64,000 bases of DNA, taken from assembly GCA_963707215.1 (NCBI GenBank), contig CAVPPB010000001.1:576001-640000 (forward strand), read 5' to 3'. Numbering within the stretch: the first letter of the stretch is position 1; the number at the start of each line of letters is the position of its first letter. Under the pieces are notes generated by a model. It saw nothing but the letters and a program-made list of their open reading frames with translations, was not told the origin of the DNA and searched no databases. The translations under genes were made by a program, and so were the position numbers. This stretch comes from an uncultured Chloroflexia bacterium (GTDB lineage Bacteria > Chloroflexota > Limnocylindria > Limnocylindrales > CSP1-4). Shown in pieces: positions 51,576 to 61,350 of this stretch.

Positions 51576-52460
51576 ATGACCGCCCTGCCGCCACTCACGG
51601 TCGCCGCCCGGAGAGCCATCGGGGACCCGTGGCCGGGCACGGCCGGGCAGACCGCGGCGGCCGGCATCCGCTGGGCCTGGACGACGTGGGGGCCGCCCGA
51701 CGGACCGCCGGTCCTGGCGCTCCACGGCGTCGGCTCATCGGCAGCCACCTTCTGGCGGCTCGGGCCGGCCCTGGCGACGACGGGCCGGCGGGTGGTCGCC
51801 GTCGACCAGGCCGGGCACGGCGCGACCGGCGGATGGATCGGCCACCATCGCTTCCGCGACAACGCGGCCGACGTCGCCGCCTTCGCGCGGGCCGCCGGTC
51901 TGGCGGGAACCGCAGAGCTGACGCGAACCGCAGGGCGCCCGGTCGTCATCGGCCATAGCTGGGGAGCCGTCACCGCGGCGGCGCTGCCGACGGTCGGGTT
52001 CCGCCCGGACCGCCTGGTCCTGATCGACCCGCCGGCCGTGCCAGTGGCCGCGATGCGGGCATTGGCCGACGATCCGAGCGAGTCGCCGTACGCGGACCTG
52101 GCCGTCGCCCGGGCGGCCGTCAGATCGGCCAACCCCGGCTGGGACGACCGGGAGGTGCTGGCCAAGGCCGCGGCGATCCAGGCGATGGACCCAGTCGCCG
52201 TTCGTTCGGTCCTGACCGACAACGGCGACTGGGACGGCGGACTTGCCGACCTCGCCGGACCGGCGGCCGCGGACATCCCGGTCCTGGTGATCCGGGGCGA
52301 GCCGGAGCACGGCGGCCTGACACCCGACGCCTACGTCGATGACCTCGTTCAGCGGGTCGGCCGGGCGAAGGTCGTCACCATCGCCGGCGCCGGGCACTCG
52401 CCGCTGCGGGACGACCCGGTCACCACGATCGGCGCGATCCTGGGGGCCTTGGGCGGCTGA
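51576..52460 (+). CDS. Alpha/beta hydrolase
   Basis: LHG, DQAGHG, GHSWG, GAGH. Confidence 0.85.
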   Translation: MTALPPLTVAARRAIGDPWPGTAGQTAAAGIRWAWTTWGPPDGPPVLALHGVGSSAATFWRLGPALATTGRRVVAVDQAGHGATGGWIGHHRFRDNAADVAAFARAAGLAGTAELTRTAGRPVVIGHSWGAVTAAALPTVGFRPDRLVLIDPPAVPVAAMRALADDPSESPYADLAVARAAVRSANPGWDDREVLAKAAAIQAMDPVAVRSVLTDNGDWDGGLADLAGPAAADIPVLVIRGEPEHGGLTPDAYVDDLVQRVGRAKVVTIAGAGHSPLRDDPVTTIGAILGALGG

Positions 52461-52508
52461 CGCTCCGCGGCCACCGCTCGGCCATCGTCGGCCAGCGGTC
52501 GAGCGACG

Positions 52509-53972
52509 TCAGCCGACGGTCGCTGCGCGAAGCTCGACGGCCCGCCGGTACATCCCGAGATAGGCCGGGGCGGCCGTCCGATCCCAACCGAAGTCGACCC
52601 GCATGGCCCGGCCCACGAGGTCGTGCCAGGCCGACCCGCGTCCGTCGCCCCGGAGGGCGAGGGCCTCGCCGACGGCCCAGACAAGGCCCTCCGCGGTGTC
52701 ATGCCGGAAGAGGAAGCCCGTCCCAAGGCCGGGTCGATCGTGCTCGTCGACGATGGAGTCCGCGAGACCGCCGGTGGCATGGGCCACGGGCGGGGTGCCG
52801 TAGCGCATGGCGATCATCTGGATGAGCCCGGACGGCTCGAAGCGGGAAGGGACCAGGAGCAGGTCGGCCCCGGCGTAGATGCGCCGGGCCATCGGCCGGT
52901 CGAACCGCTCGAGGAAGACCACCCGCCCGGGATGGCGCGCCTCGAGCGCCCGCAGCGGGGCCGCGATCGCCGGATCGCCGGCGGCCTGGACGACGATCCG
53001 GGCGCCCATCGCGAGGAGCCGCGGACCAGCGTCGACGATGAGATCGAAGCCCTTCTGCGGGTCGAGCCGCCCGACCGCTCCCAGGATCGGGCCGTCGTCG
53101 AGCGCGTCCATCCCGACCCGCCCCAGGAGGTCCAGCCGGCAGACGGCCTTGCCCGACCGGTCCTCGGCCGAGAACGGCGCCGCGATGGACCGGTCCGTCG
53201 CCGGGTCCCAGGCGACCGGATCCAGCCCGTTCAGGATGCCGATGAACCGGTCTCCCCGGGCGGCCAGCAGACCCTCCAGACCGAAGCCGTGGGCCGACGT
53301 CCGGGCCTGCTCGGCGTACGTGGGGCTGACCGTGTTCACCATCTCTGCCCGCTCGACGCCCTGGGCCAGGAGGTCGAGGCTCGGAGCGTCGGATGGGACG
53401 ACGCCGTCACCCGGCCGCAGCCCGAGGGCGCCGACCCGTTCGACCGGCACCCGGCCGTGGTAGGCCAGGTTGTGGAGCGTCAGGACGGTGGCCAGTGAAT
53501 GGATCGCCGGATCGTCGCGGTAGGGTCCGTCGCGGAAGATCGCCGCCGGACAGGCGTGCCAGTCGTGGAGGTGGAGCACATCCGGAGGCTCGTCAGCGCG
53601 TCGGATCGCCTCGAGGGCAGCCCGGCAGAGCAGCCCGAACCGAGCGGCGTCGTCCGGGAAGTCGTAGATCCGGTCGCGGTCGAAGGCAGCCGGTCGGTCG
53701 ACCAGTCGAAGCCGGTAACCATCCCCGTCGACGTCGAGGATCCGGACCCGGGCGCTGCCTTCCGGGGCGCTCGGATCGGGGACGACGAGCTCGGTGCCCT
53801 CGACATCGTCGGACACCCTGACGGCCCGGTAGCGAGGCAGGTAGACATCGACCGGCTCGATCGGCCGGCCGGGCAGCTGCCCGAGGGACCGAGCCAGGGC
53901 GTCGACGACGTCGCCGAGACCGCCGGTCTTGGCCCACGGCTCGCACTCGGCGGCGATGAAGGCGACCCGCAT
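52509..53972 (-). CDS. glgA: Glycogen synthase
   Basis: KTGGLGDV, HLHDWH, TLHNLAY, RLDPQKG, PSRFEP, TGGLAD. Confidence 0.95.
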   Translation of the reverse strand: MRVAFIAAECEPWAKTGGLGDVVDALARSLGQLPGRPIEPVDVYLPRYRAVRVSDDVEGTELVVPDPSAPEGSARVRILDVDGDGYRLRLVDRPAAFDRDRIYDFPDDAARFGLLCRAALEAIRRADEPPDVLHLHDWHACPAAIFRDGPYRDDPAIHSLATVLTLHNLAYHGRVPVERVGALGLRPGDGVVPSDAPSLDLLAQGVERAEMVNTVSPTYAEQARTSAHGFGLEGLLAARGDRFIGILNGLDPVAWDPATDRSIAAPFSAEDRSGKAVCRLDLLGRVGMDALDDGPILGAVGRLDPQKGFDLIVDAGPRLLAMGARIVVQAAGDPAIAAPLRALEARHPGRVVFLERFDRPMARRIYAGADLLLVPSRFEPSGLIQMIAMRYGTPPVAHATGGLADSIVDEHDRPGLGTGFLFRHDTAEGLVWAVGEALALRGDGRGSAWHDLVGRAMRVDFGWDRTAAPAYLGMYRRAVELRAATVG

Positions 53973-54070
53973 GCCTCGATGGTACGGGCCGCGGGCACCG
54001 CCGTCCGGGCGTGGACCGCCTCACTGGACCGGTCACAGGGCCGGCCCGTAGTCGTTATCATCCGTGGCTC

Positions 54071-56266
54071 ATGGTCCCAGCCGTCGAGATCCCGACCCTC
54101 CCGGGAGCGCCGTTCCGACTGCCACCCCGGCTGGAGGGCCTCCGCCGCCTCGCCTACAACTTCTGGTGGACGTGGCATCCGGAGGCGAAGCTGTTGTTCA
54201 CCCGGATCGACCCCGTGGCGTGGGCGCGCTACCGCAACCCGATCCAGCTCCTGTCCGGCTCGATCGACTGGGCGCACCTGATGGAGGACCCGTCCTTCGT
54301 CGCCGAGACGCGGCGGATCATCGACCGCTTCGACGCCTACATGGAGAACGGGACCGATCACTGGTTCCATCGGCGCCACGCGACGGCGCTCGACGGGCCG
54401 ATCGCCTACTTCTGCGCGGAGTACGGCTTCCACGAGTCGCTCGGGATCTACTCCGGCGGCCTGGGTGTCCTGGCCGGCGACCACATGAAGTCCGCGTCCG
54501 ACATGGCCCTGCCGCTCGTCGGGGTCGGTCTGATGTACCGCAAGGGCTACTTCCGACAGTCCATCGACTGGGACGGCCACCAGGAGCACGCCTACCCCGA
54601 CTTCGACCTCGCTCGACTGCCGCTCCGCCGGGCCCAGGGCCCGGCCGGCGAGCCTCTCGTCGTCGAGGTCCCGCTCCCGGGGCGCTCGCTCTGGGTCGCC
54701 GTCTGGGTCGCCCAGGTAGGCCGGGTCCCGGTCCTCCTGCTCGACTCCGACATCCCGGAGAACGACCCAGCCGACCGGCCGATCACCCACGTCCTCTACA
54801 TCCGCGGGAGGGGCACGCGGCTCCTCCAGGAGCTGATCCTCGGCATCGGCGGTGTCCGGGCCCTGCGGGAGCTGGAGATCCATCCGGCCGTCTGGCACCT
54901 CAACGAAGGTCACTCGGCCTTCCTCCTCGGCGAGCGCGCCCGCGAGCTCGTCGCCGGGGGCGTCCGACTCGACGAGGCCCTCGAGCGCGTCGCCGCCGTG
55001 AGCGTGTTCACCATCCACACCCCGGTCGCCGCGGGCAACGAGCGCTTCGACGCCTCGCTGGTCCGCAAGCTGGCCGGTCCGATCCTCGAGGGAGGGGGGT
55101 CGGAGGTCGGGATCCCGTCCGACCGGGTGCTCGAGCTGGGCCGCGGCGTCGACGGTGACCCTGCCATCTTCGACATGACCGCGTTCTCGCTTCGGCTGAC
55201 CAACGGCGCCAACGCCGTCTCGCAGCTCCATGGCCGGACCGCCGACAGCACCTGGACCGGGATCTCGCCGCGCCCGATCATGGGCATCACCAACGGGATC
55301 CACACGCCCACGTGGCTGGGCACCCCGATGCGGGAGTTGTACGAGCGCTACGTCGATGTCGACCTGGAGGCCCTCGACAAGCACGGGGAGGCCGAGGCCG
55401 TCTGGGATCGCATCGACCGCATCCCCGCGGCCGAGCTGTGGGGCGCCCACCGGCGCCAGAAGACCGAACTCTCGATCTTCGCCCGGGGTCGCCTGCGCAG
55501 CCAGCTTGCCCGGCACGGCGAATCGCCGCGCATCCTGCGCGAGCTGGAGGACGCCCTCGACCCGGATGTCCTGACGATCGGCTTCGCCCGTCGGTTCGCG
55601 ACCTACAAGCGCGCCGCCCTGCTCTTCAGCGACCTCGACCGGCTGGCTCGCCTCGTCCACGACGCCGACCGCCCGGTCCAGGTCATCTTCGCCGGCAAGG
55701 CCCACCCGGCCGACCGGCCCGGCCAGCAGGTCATCGCCGACATCTTCCGGTTCACCCGGTCGGACCTCCTGCGCAACGGGGTCTTCATCATCGAGGACTA
55801 CGACATGCGGATCGCCCGGTTCCTGGTCCAGGGCGTCGACATCTGGCTGAACAACCCCCGCCGACCCCTCGAGGCATCGGGCACCTCGGGCATGAAGGCC
55901 GCCGTGAACGGAGCCGTCAACGTGAGCGTCCTCGACGGCTGGTGGGACGAGGCCTTCGATGGCGAGAACGGCTGGGCGATCGGCGGTCGCGAGACCGATC
56001 CCGACGAGGGCGCCCAGGACTGGGCCGATGCGCTCGACCTCTACCGGATCCTGGAGGAGGAGGTCGTCCCCCGCTACTACGACCGAGGGTCCGACGGCCT
56101 GTCCACCGCCTGGATCGACACGATGCGCGCTTCCATCGGGTCGGCGATCTGGCGCTTCTCGACGACCCGGATGCTCCACGAGTACACGGAGCGTCTGTAC
56201 CTCCCGGCCGCCGGCCTCACGGTGCCCGTGCTCGAGCCCGCCGGCTTCGTGACCGAGGCGGGCTAG
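54071..56266 (+). CDS. glgP: Alpha-glucan phosphorylase
   Basis: YSGGLGVLAGD, HLNEGH, ARRFATYKR, EASGTSGMK. Confidence 0.95.
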   Translation: MVPAVEIPTLPGAPFRLPPRLEGLRRLAYNFWWTWHPEAKLLFTRIDPVAWARYRNPIQLLSGSIDWAHLMEDPSFVAETRRIIDRFDAYMENGTDHWFHRRHATALDGPIAYFCAEYGFHESLGIYSGGLGVLAGDHMKSASDMALPLVGVGLMYRKGYFRQSIDWDGHQEHAYPDFDLARLPLRRAQGPAGEPLVVEVPLPGRSLWVAVWVAQVGRVPVLLLDSDIPENDPADRPITHVLYIRGRGTRLLQELILGIGGVRALRELEIHPAVWHLNEGHSAFLLGERARELVAGGVRLDEALERVAAVSVFTIHTPVAAGNERFDASLVRKLAGPILEGGGSEVGIPSDRVLELGRGVDGDPAIFDMTAFSLRLTNGANAVSQLHGRTADSTWTGISPRPIMGITNGIHTPTWLGTPMRELYERYVDVDLEALDKHGEAEAVWDRIDRIPAAELWGAHRRQKTELSIFARGRLRSQLARHGESPRILRELEDALDPDVLTIGFARRFATYKRAALLFSDLDRLARLVHDADRPVQVIFAGKAHPADRPGQQVIADIFRFTRSDLLRNGVFIIEDYDMRIARFLVQGVDIWLNNPRRPLEASGTSGMKAAVNGAVNVSVLDGWWDEAFDGENGWAIGGRETDPDEGAQDWADALDLYRILEEEVVPRYYDRGSDGLSTAWIDTMRASIGSAIWRFSTTRMLHEYTERLYLPAAGLTVPVLEPAGFVTEAG

Positions 56267-56303
56267 GCCCGGCCGACGCCCGCCCGTGCAGGAGACCCCG
56301 CCC

Positions 56304-58475
56304 GTGGCCCGACGGATCTCGCTCGCCCTGGCCGTCCACAATCACCAACCGGTCGGCAACTTCGGATGGGTCTTCGCCGAGGTCTTCGAGCAGGCCTACG
56401 AGCCGATGGTGGCCATCCTGGAGCGCCATCCGTCGGTCAAGCTGTCGCTCCACTACACCGGGCCGCTTCTCGAGTGGCTGCGCAGCGAGCAGCCCGACTT
56501 CGTCGATCGCCTGGCGGCGCTGGTGGCCCGCGGCCAGGTGGAGCTCATGGGTGGCGGCCACTTCGAGCCGGTCCTCGCCTCCCTACCGGAGCGCGACCGG
56601 GTGGGACAGCTGCGCCGGATGGCCGACGAGCTGGAGTCGACCTTCGGCACCCGGCCGAGGGGTGCCTGGCTCGCGGAGCGGGTCTGGGAGCCCGACGTCC
56701 CGACTTCTCTGGCCGCCGCGGGCTACCGCTGGACGATCCTCGACGACGCTCACTTCCGGGCCGCTGCCATCCCCGAGGAGGCGCTGTGGGGGCCCTACAC
56801 GACCGACGACCAGGGTCGGCTGCTGACCATCTTCGGCACCGAGCAGGGCCTCCGCTACCGGATCCCCTTCCGTGACGTGCCCGAGACGATCGACCATCTC
56901 CGGGCGCATGCCACCGAGGACGGCCGACGGGTCGGCATGATGGGCGACGATGGGGAGAAGTTCGGGGCCTGGCCCACGACCTGGGAGCACTGCTGGGGAC
57001 GCGGGCAGTGGATGGAGCGGTTCTTCGGGGCCCTGGAGGCGAGCGCCGACTGGCTCTCGACGGTCACCCCGACCGAGTGGCTCGACCGCGAACCGCCGAT
57101 CGGCCGCGTCTACGTCCCGACCGGCTCGTACGCCGAGATGGGCGAGTGGGCCCTGCCCGCTGTCGAGAGCGTGGCGTTCTCGAAGGTCCTCCACGCGGCC
57201 CAGGCGGAGGGCCGGCCCGACGTCCGCTGGCTCCGGGGCGCCTTCTGGCGCAACTTCCAGGTCAAGTACCGCGAGATCAACGACCTCCACAAGCAGATGC
57301 TGCGCACCTCTGCCAAGGTCGCGGCCATGCCCGAGGCTCCGTCGCGCGACCTCGCCCTGGACCACCTCTACCGAGGCCAATCCAACGACTGCTACTGGCA
57401 CGGCCTGTTCGGGGGGGTCTACATCGCCCACATGCGGCTGGCCACCCACGAGCACCTGATCGCCGCCGAGGACGCGGCCGACGCGGTCTCCGGGTCGCTG
57501 GGCAGCGGCACGCTCGTCGACCTTGACCTCGACGGCCAGGACGAGGCGTACCTGGCTGCCGCCGGCCAGACCGTCACCGTCCAACTCGACGACGGGGCCG
57601 GCATCGGCGCCTGGGACATCCGGGCCGCGCGTCACGCCCTCGGCGCGGTGCTGGCCCGCCGTCGCGAGGCCTACCACGATCTCCTCGTCGCCCACGCCGC
57701 GCCAGCCGCCGGCGGTGCCGACCGGGACGGCGATCCCGGCAGCGAGGTCTCGTCGATCCACGAGATCGTCCGGCTCAAGGAGCCGGGCCTTGCGGACCGC
57801 CTTCACTACGATCGCTACGAGCGCCGGGCCGGCCTCGTCAGGGTCCTCGACCCGGCGACCGAGGCCGCCGCCTGGGCGAGCGCCGACGAAGCCGAGCTGA
57901 CGTCGGGACCGGGCGGGCCCGTCCGCCTGGTGGCGCTGGACGAGGCCGGGCTCACGACGACCCGCGAGGTAGAGGCCGGACCGACGAGGCTGGCGATCGA
58001 GACCCGGCTGCGTCTCGGTGGCGGTCGCCTCGACCCCACGCTGACGATGGAGGCGACGGTCCGGAACGTCGGCGACGCGCCGCTCACGGCCCGGGTGGGC
58101 ATCGAGTGGCCCACGATGCTCCTGGGCGGCGGCGGGAACCCGGCCGCCTGGTGGGACCTCGGTGGGGATCGGACCGGTCACGACGCGACGCGGGTCGCCA
58201 GCGACGTCGCCCGCCTGGCCCAGGGCAACGACTATGTCGGGCTGGTCGTCGAGACCGCCGTGGAGCCCGCTGCTGACGCGTGGATCGCACCGATCGAGAC
58301 GATCTCGAATTCGGAGGCGGGCTTCGAACGCGTCTACCAGGGCAGCGCCCTGCTCCTGTCCCGGACGGTGACCCTGGCCCCGGGTGAGGCGGCGACGCTT
58401 CGGCTGCGGCATCGGGTGGCCGTGACCGTAGACCGCGCGGCCGCCGAGGGCCTGCCGATCCCCGTGTCGGCGTGA
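56304..58475 (+). CDS. GH57 4-alpha-glucanotransferase/alpha-amylase
   Basis: HNHQP, WLAERVWEP, DDGEKFG, QSNDCYWHG, SEAGFERVYQG. Confidence 0.92.
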   Translation: MARRISLALAVHNHQPVGNFGWVFAEVFEQAYEPMVAILERHPSVKLSLHYTGPLLEWLRSEQPDFVDRLAALVARGQVELMGGGHFEPVLASLPERDRVGQLRRMADELESTFGTRPRGAWLAERVWEPDVPTSLAAAGYRWTILDDAHFRAAAIPEEALWGPYTTDDQGRLLTIFGTEQGLRYRIPFRDVPETIDHLRAHATEDGRRVGMMGDDGEKFGAWPTTWEHCWGRGQWMERFFGALEASADWLSTVTPTEWLDREPPIGRVYVPTGSYAEMGEWALPAVESVAFSKVLHAAQAEGRPDVRWLRGAFWRNFQVKYREINDLHKQMLRTSAKVAAMPEAPSRDLALDHLYRGQSNDCYWHGLFGGVYIAHMRLATHEHLIAAEDAADAVSGSLGSGTLVDLDLDGQDEAYLAAAGQTVTVQLDDGAGIGAWDIRAARHALGAVLARRREAYHDLLVAHAAPAAGGADRDGDPGSEVSSIHEIVRLKEPGLADRLHYDRYERRAGLVRVLDPATEAAAWASADEAELTSGPGGPVRLVALDEAGLTTTREVEAGPTRLAIETRLRLGGGRLDPTLTMEATVRNVGDAPLTARVGIEWPTMLLGGGGNPAAWWDLGGDRTGHDATRVASDVARLAQGNDYVGLVVETAVEPAADAWIAPIETISNSEAGFERVYQGSALLLSRTVTLAPGEAATLRLRHRVAVTVDRAAAEGLPIPVSA

Positions 58476-59953
58476 GCCGCGCCCGTCTCGCCGTCCACGC
58501 CCACTTCTACCAGCCGCAGCGCCTCGACCCGTTCAGTGGCTTGGTCCCGGCCGACCCTTCCGCCGCCCCGTTCCACGATTGGAACCGACGGATCAACGCC
58601 GAGTGCTATGAGCCGAACGCCGAGCGCGGCACGATCCGGCGGATCTCGTTCGACGTCGGTCCGACCCTGGCAGGGTGGCTCTCCGACCACGACCCGGCGA
58701 CCTGGAAGGCCTATGTCGCCGCCGACCGTCCGGTCGACCGGGATCCGGCCATCCCCCTCGAGCGCGGCAACGCCATGGCCCAGGCCTACCACCACGCCAT
58801 CCTGCCCCTCGCCTCCGCGGCCGACCGACGGACGGAGATCCGCTGGGGGCTGCGCGAGTTCGAGCTACGCTTCGGGCGTCGGGCCGAGGGCCTCTGGCTC
58901 CCGGAGACGGCCGTCGACGTGCCGACCCTCCGGGACCTCGTCGCCGAGGGCGTTCGCTTCGTCATCCTCGCGCCCTGGCAGGCGGACGTTCCCTCCCTCG
59001 ACACCCGCCGGCCCTACCGGGCCGAGCTGGGTGGCGGACGCTCGATCGGCGTCGTCTTCTACGACTCGGTCCTGTCGGCCGCGGTGTCGTTCGAGCCGGC
59101 CGCCACGGCGGACGCCGAGCGGTTCGCCCACGAGCGGATCGCCAGCCGCCTGGCGGAGACGCGGTTCCCGGACGGGACCCCGGGGTTGGCGCTCATCGCC
59201 ACCGACGGCGAGCTGTACGGCCATCACCAGCCGTTCCGGGACCTGTTCCTGGAGCGGCTCGTCGCGCCCGACGCGCCGGAGCGCGGGTTCGACGTGGTCG
59301 ACCTGGCATCGGCCGTCGCAGAACCGCCGGGCCGCCACCACCCACCGGTCCGGATCGCCGAGCGCACGTCCTGGAGCTGCCACCACGGCGTGCTCCGCTG
59401 GTCGGCCGAGTGCCCATGCGCGGCCGACGGTCGGTGGAAGGCACCGCTCCGGGCGGCCTTCGAGCGGCTGGCAGCCGGGATCGACACGCTGACCGAGCTG
59501 CGGGCGGCAGCCCTACCGGGGCGACCCGACCCCTGGGCGGCCCGCGACGCCTATGTCGACGTCGTCGTGGGCGTCGAGCCCGCCAGCGCCTTCAGTGCCC
59601 GCTGGATCGGCAGCGAGGCACCGACGGCCGATCGGCGGACCTTCCTGGGACTGATGGAGGCCCAGCGATGGCGACTGGCGATGTTCGCCAGCGATGGTTC
59701 GTACTGGGGCGAGCCCGACCGGACCGAGACCAGCCAGGTCCTCCTGTCAGCGGCCCGGGCGGTCCGCCTCGCTGACCCGACCGGCGCGACCGGCCTGGAG
59801 GGACGGCTCGTGGAGGATCTGGCGTTGCTCCGCTCTCCCGCCTCGGGGCTGGACGGGGCGGTCCTCTATCGACGGGCACTCGCCGCGTCCGGCCAGGCCG
59901 GGCCGCAGGGTCCCGGAAAGCCGTCAGCCCGCGGCCTGCGCGCCACGGGCTGA
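58472..59953 (+). CDS. GH57 family protein (DUF3536 type)
   Basis: HAHFYQP, WLPETAVD, ATDGELYGHH, SWSCHHGV.RW, AMFASDG. Confidence 0.88.
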   Translation: MSRARLAVHAHFYQPQRLDPFSGLVPADPSAAPFHDWNRRINAECYEPNAERGTIRRISFDVGPTLAGWLSDHDPATWKAYVAADRPVDRDPAIPLERGNAMAQAYHHAILPLASAADRRTEIRWGLREFELRFGRRAEGLWLPETAVDVPTLRDLVAEGVRFVILAPWQADVPSLDTRRPYRAELGGGRSIGVVFYDSVLSAAVSFEPAATADAERFAHERIASRLAETRFPDGTPGLALIATDGELYGHHQPFRDLFLERLVAPDAPERGFDVVDLASAVAEPPGRHHPPVRIAERTSWSCHHGVLRWSAECPCAADGRWKAPLRAAFERLAAGIDTLTELRAAALPGRPDPWAARDAYVDVVVGVEPASAFSARWIGSEAPTADRRTFLGLMEAQRWRLAMFASDGSYWGEPDRTETSQVLLSAARAVRLADPTGATGLEGRLVEDLALLRSPASGLDGAVLYRRALAASGQAGPQGPGKPSARGLRATG

Positions 59954-60087
59954 CGAGTCCAGAGGCCGGCGGAGGGGCTGCCGGCGCCCCGGGGGAGATT
60001 CGGGGTGGGTCGGTCCCAGCGGAGGCTGAGACCCACCTGCGGACGACGCCGATCCGCGGAGCCGACGCGCGGACGAACGGCGACTGT

Positions 60088-60142
60088 TTGGTATAGTCGG
60101 CTAGGCCAAGGCGAGACTACTTGGACTAGCAGGCTATGTCAA
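60088..60142. promoter_or_regulatory. Tandem 22-bp palindromic operators upstream of GntR
   Basis: TTGGTATAG-tcgg-CTAGGCCAA (60088-60109) and TTGGACTAG-cagg-CTATGTCAA (60121-60142). Confidence 0.7.
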
Positions 60143-61258
60143 GTGGACGAACGACGCACCACGCCAACGCCGGATGACGCCCCGACCGGACCAGACGAGC
60201 GGGTCCCGGCCGGCGCTGCGGACGCCGTGCCGACCACCGGCCGGCTCGACGTCAAGCGCGACTCGGACGTCCCGATCTCGACCCAGATCCACTGGCAGTT
60301 GGCCTACCAGATCGACTCGGGGCGCCTCCTGCCCGGCGAGCGCCTGCCCCCGGTGCGCGAGCTCGGCGCAGCCCTCCGAGTGAACCCGAACACGATCCGG
60401 GCCGTCTACCGGCGGCTGGCCGATGCCGGCTATGTCAGCAGTCGCCACGGGGCCGGAACGCGGGTCGCCGACCGACCGCCGCAGCGCCGCGGCGCCGAGG
60501 CGCTCGACGGACTCGTGGCCGAGATGCTCCGGCGGGCCGCCGCTGCGGGCTTCACGCCGGACGAGGTGGCGGCTGCGGCCTACGCAGCGGCGTCCGAGCG
60601 GCGCCAGCCGGGGCCGCTGGTCCGGGTCCTCTTCACCGAGTGCACCACCGCCGACGCCATCTATCACTCCGACCAGGTCAGCGAGGCCTTCGCCGGCCTG
60701 GCCGAAGCCGACGGGGTCGTCCTCGATGATCTCCTCGATCGACTGCGGACCTACCACTACGACCTCGTGGCGACGACGGCGTTCCATGCCGACGAGGCCC
60801 AGGCCCTCGTCGGCGGCCAGGTCCCGGTCGTGGCGATGCTCGTCGGGCCGGGCTTCATGGATCTCGTCCACGAGGTGACCGCCCTGCCGACCGGCTCGCG
60901 GGTCGGCGTCGTCTGCGCCTCGTCGCGCGGCTCCGACAACATCGCCGAAACGCTCATCCTGGCGGGAGCGACCGGGGTCGACATCGTCGCCGCGACCCCC
61001 GAGGCGTCGACCGATCTCGAGATGGTCGACCGGACCGCCGACCTCGTCCTGATGTCGCGCGAGGCGATGGCCCTCGGGCTCGACGAACGCCTCCATCGCC
61101 CTGAGCGGATCCGCGAGTGGCAGTACGAGTTCGATCCGTCGGGCCTGGAGCTCCTCCGTCGCAGCATCGAGCACGTGCTGGCCAGCCGGCGGGAGCGAGC
61201 CAGCGGTGAGCCGGCCCTTGCCGCCGGCACCCGCTCGGAGATCGGCCCCGGGGGCTGA
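60143..61258 (+). CDS. GntR-family regulator with an extended C-terminal domain
   Basis: [31 protein letters not shown]...GAGTRV. GTG start inferred. Confidence 0.88.
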   Translation: MDERRTTPTPDDAPTGPDERVPAGAADAVPTTGRLDVKRDSDVPISTQIHWQLAYQIDSGRLLPGERLPPVRELGAALRVNPNTIRAVYRRLADAGYVSSRHGAGTRVADRPPQRRGAEALDGLVAEMLRRAAAAGFTPDEVAAAAYAAASERRQPGPLVRVLFTECTTADAIYHSDQVSEAFAGLAEADGVVLDDLLDRLRTYHYDLVATTAFHADEAQALVGGQVPVVAMLVGPGFMDLVHEVTALPTGSRVGVVCASSRGSDNIAETLILAGATGVDIVAATPEASTDLEMVDRTADLVLMSREAMALGLDERLHRPERIREWQYEFDPSGLELLRRSIEHVLASRRERASGEPALAAGTRSEIGPGG

Positions 61259-61350
61259 TCGACCGGCCGCGACCGCGCCGGACCGCGAGTACCTCCCTGC
61301 CGCGGCTGCGCCATGTGCCCGTCCATGCGACCCTTGGAGCGATGCGTAGG

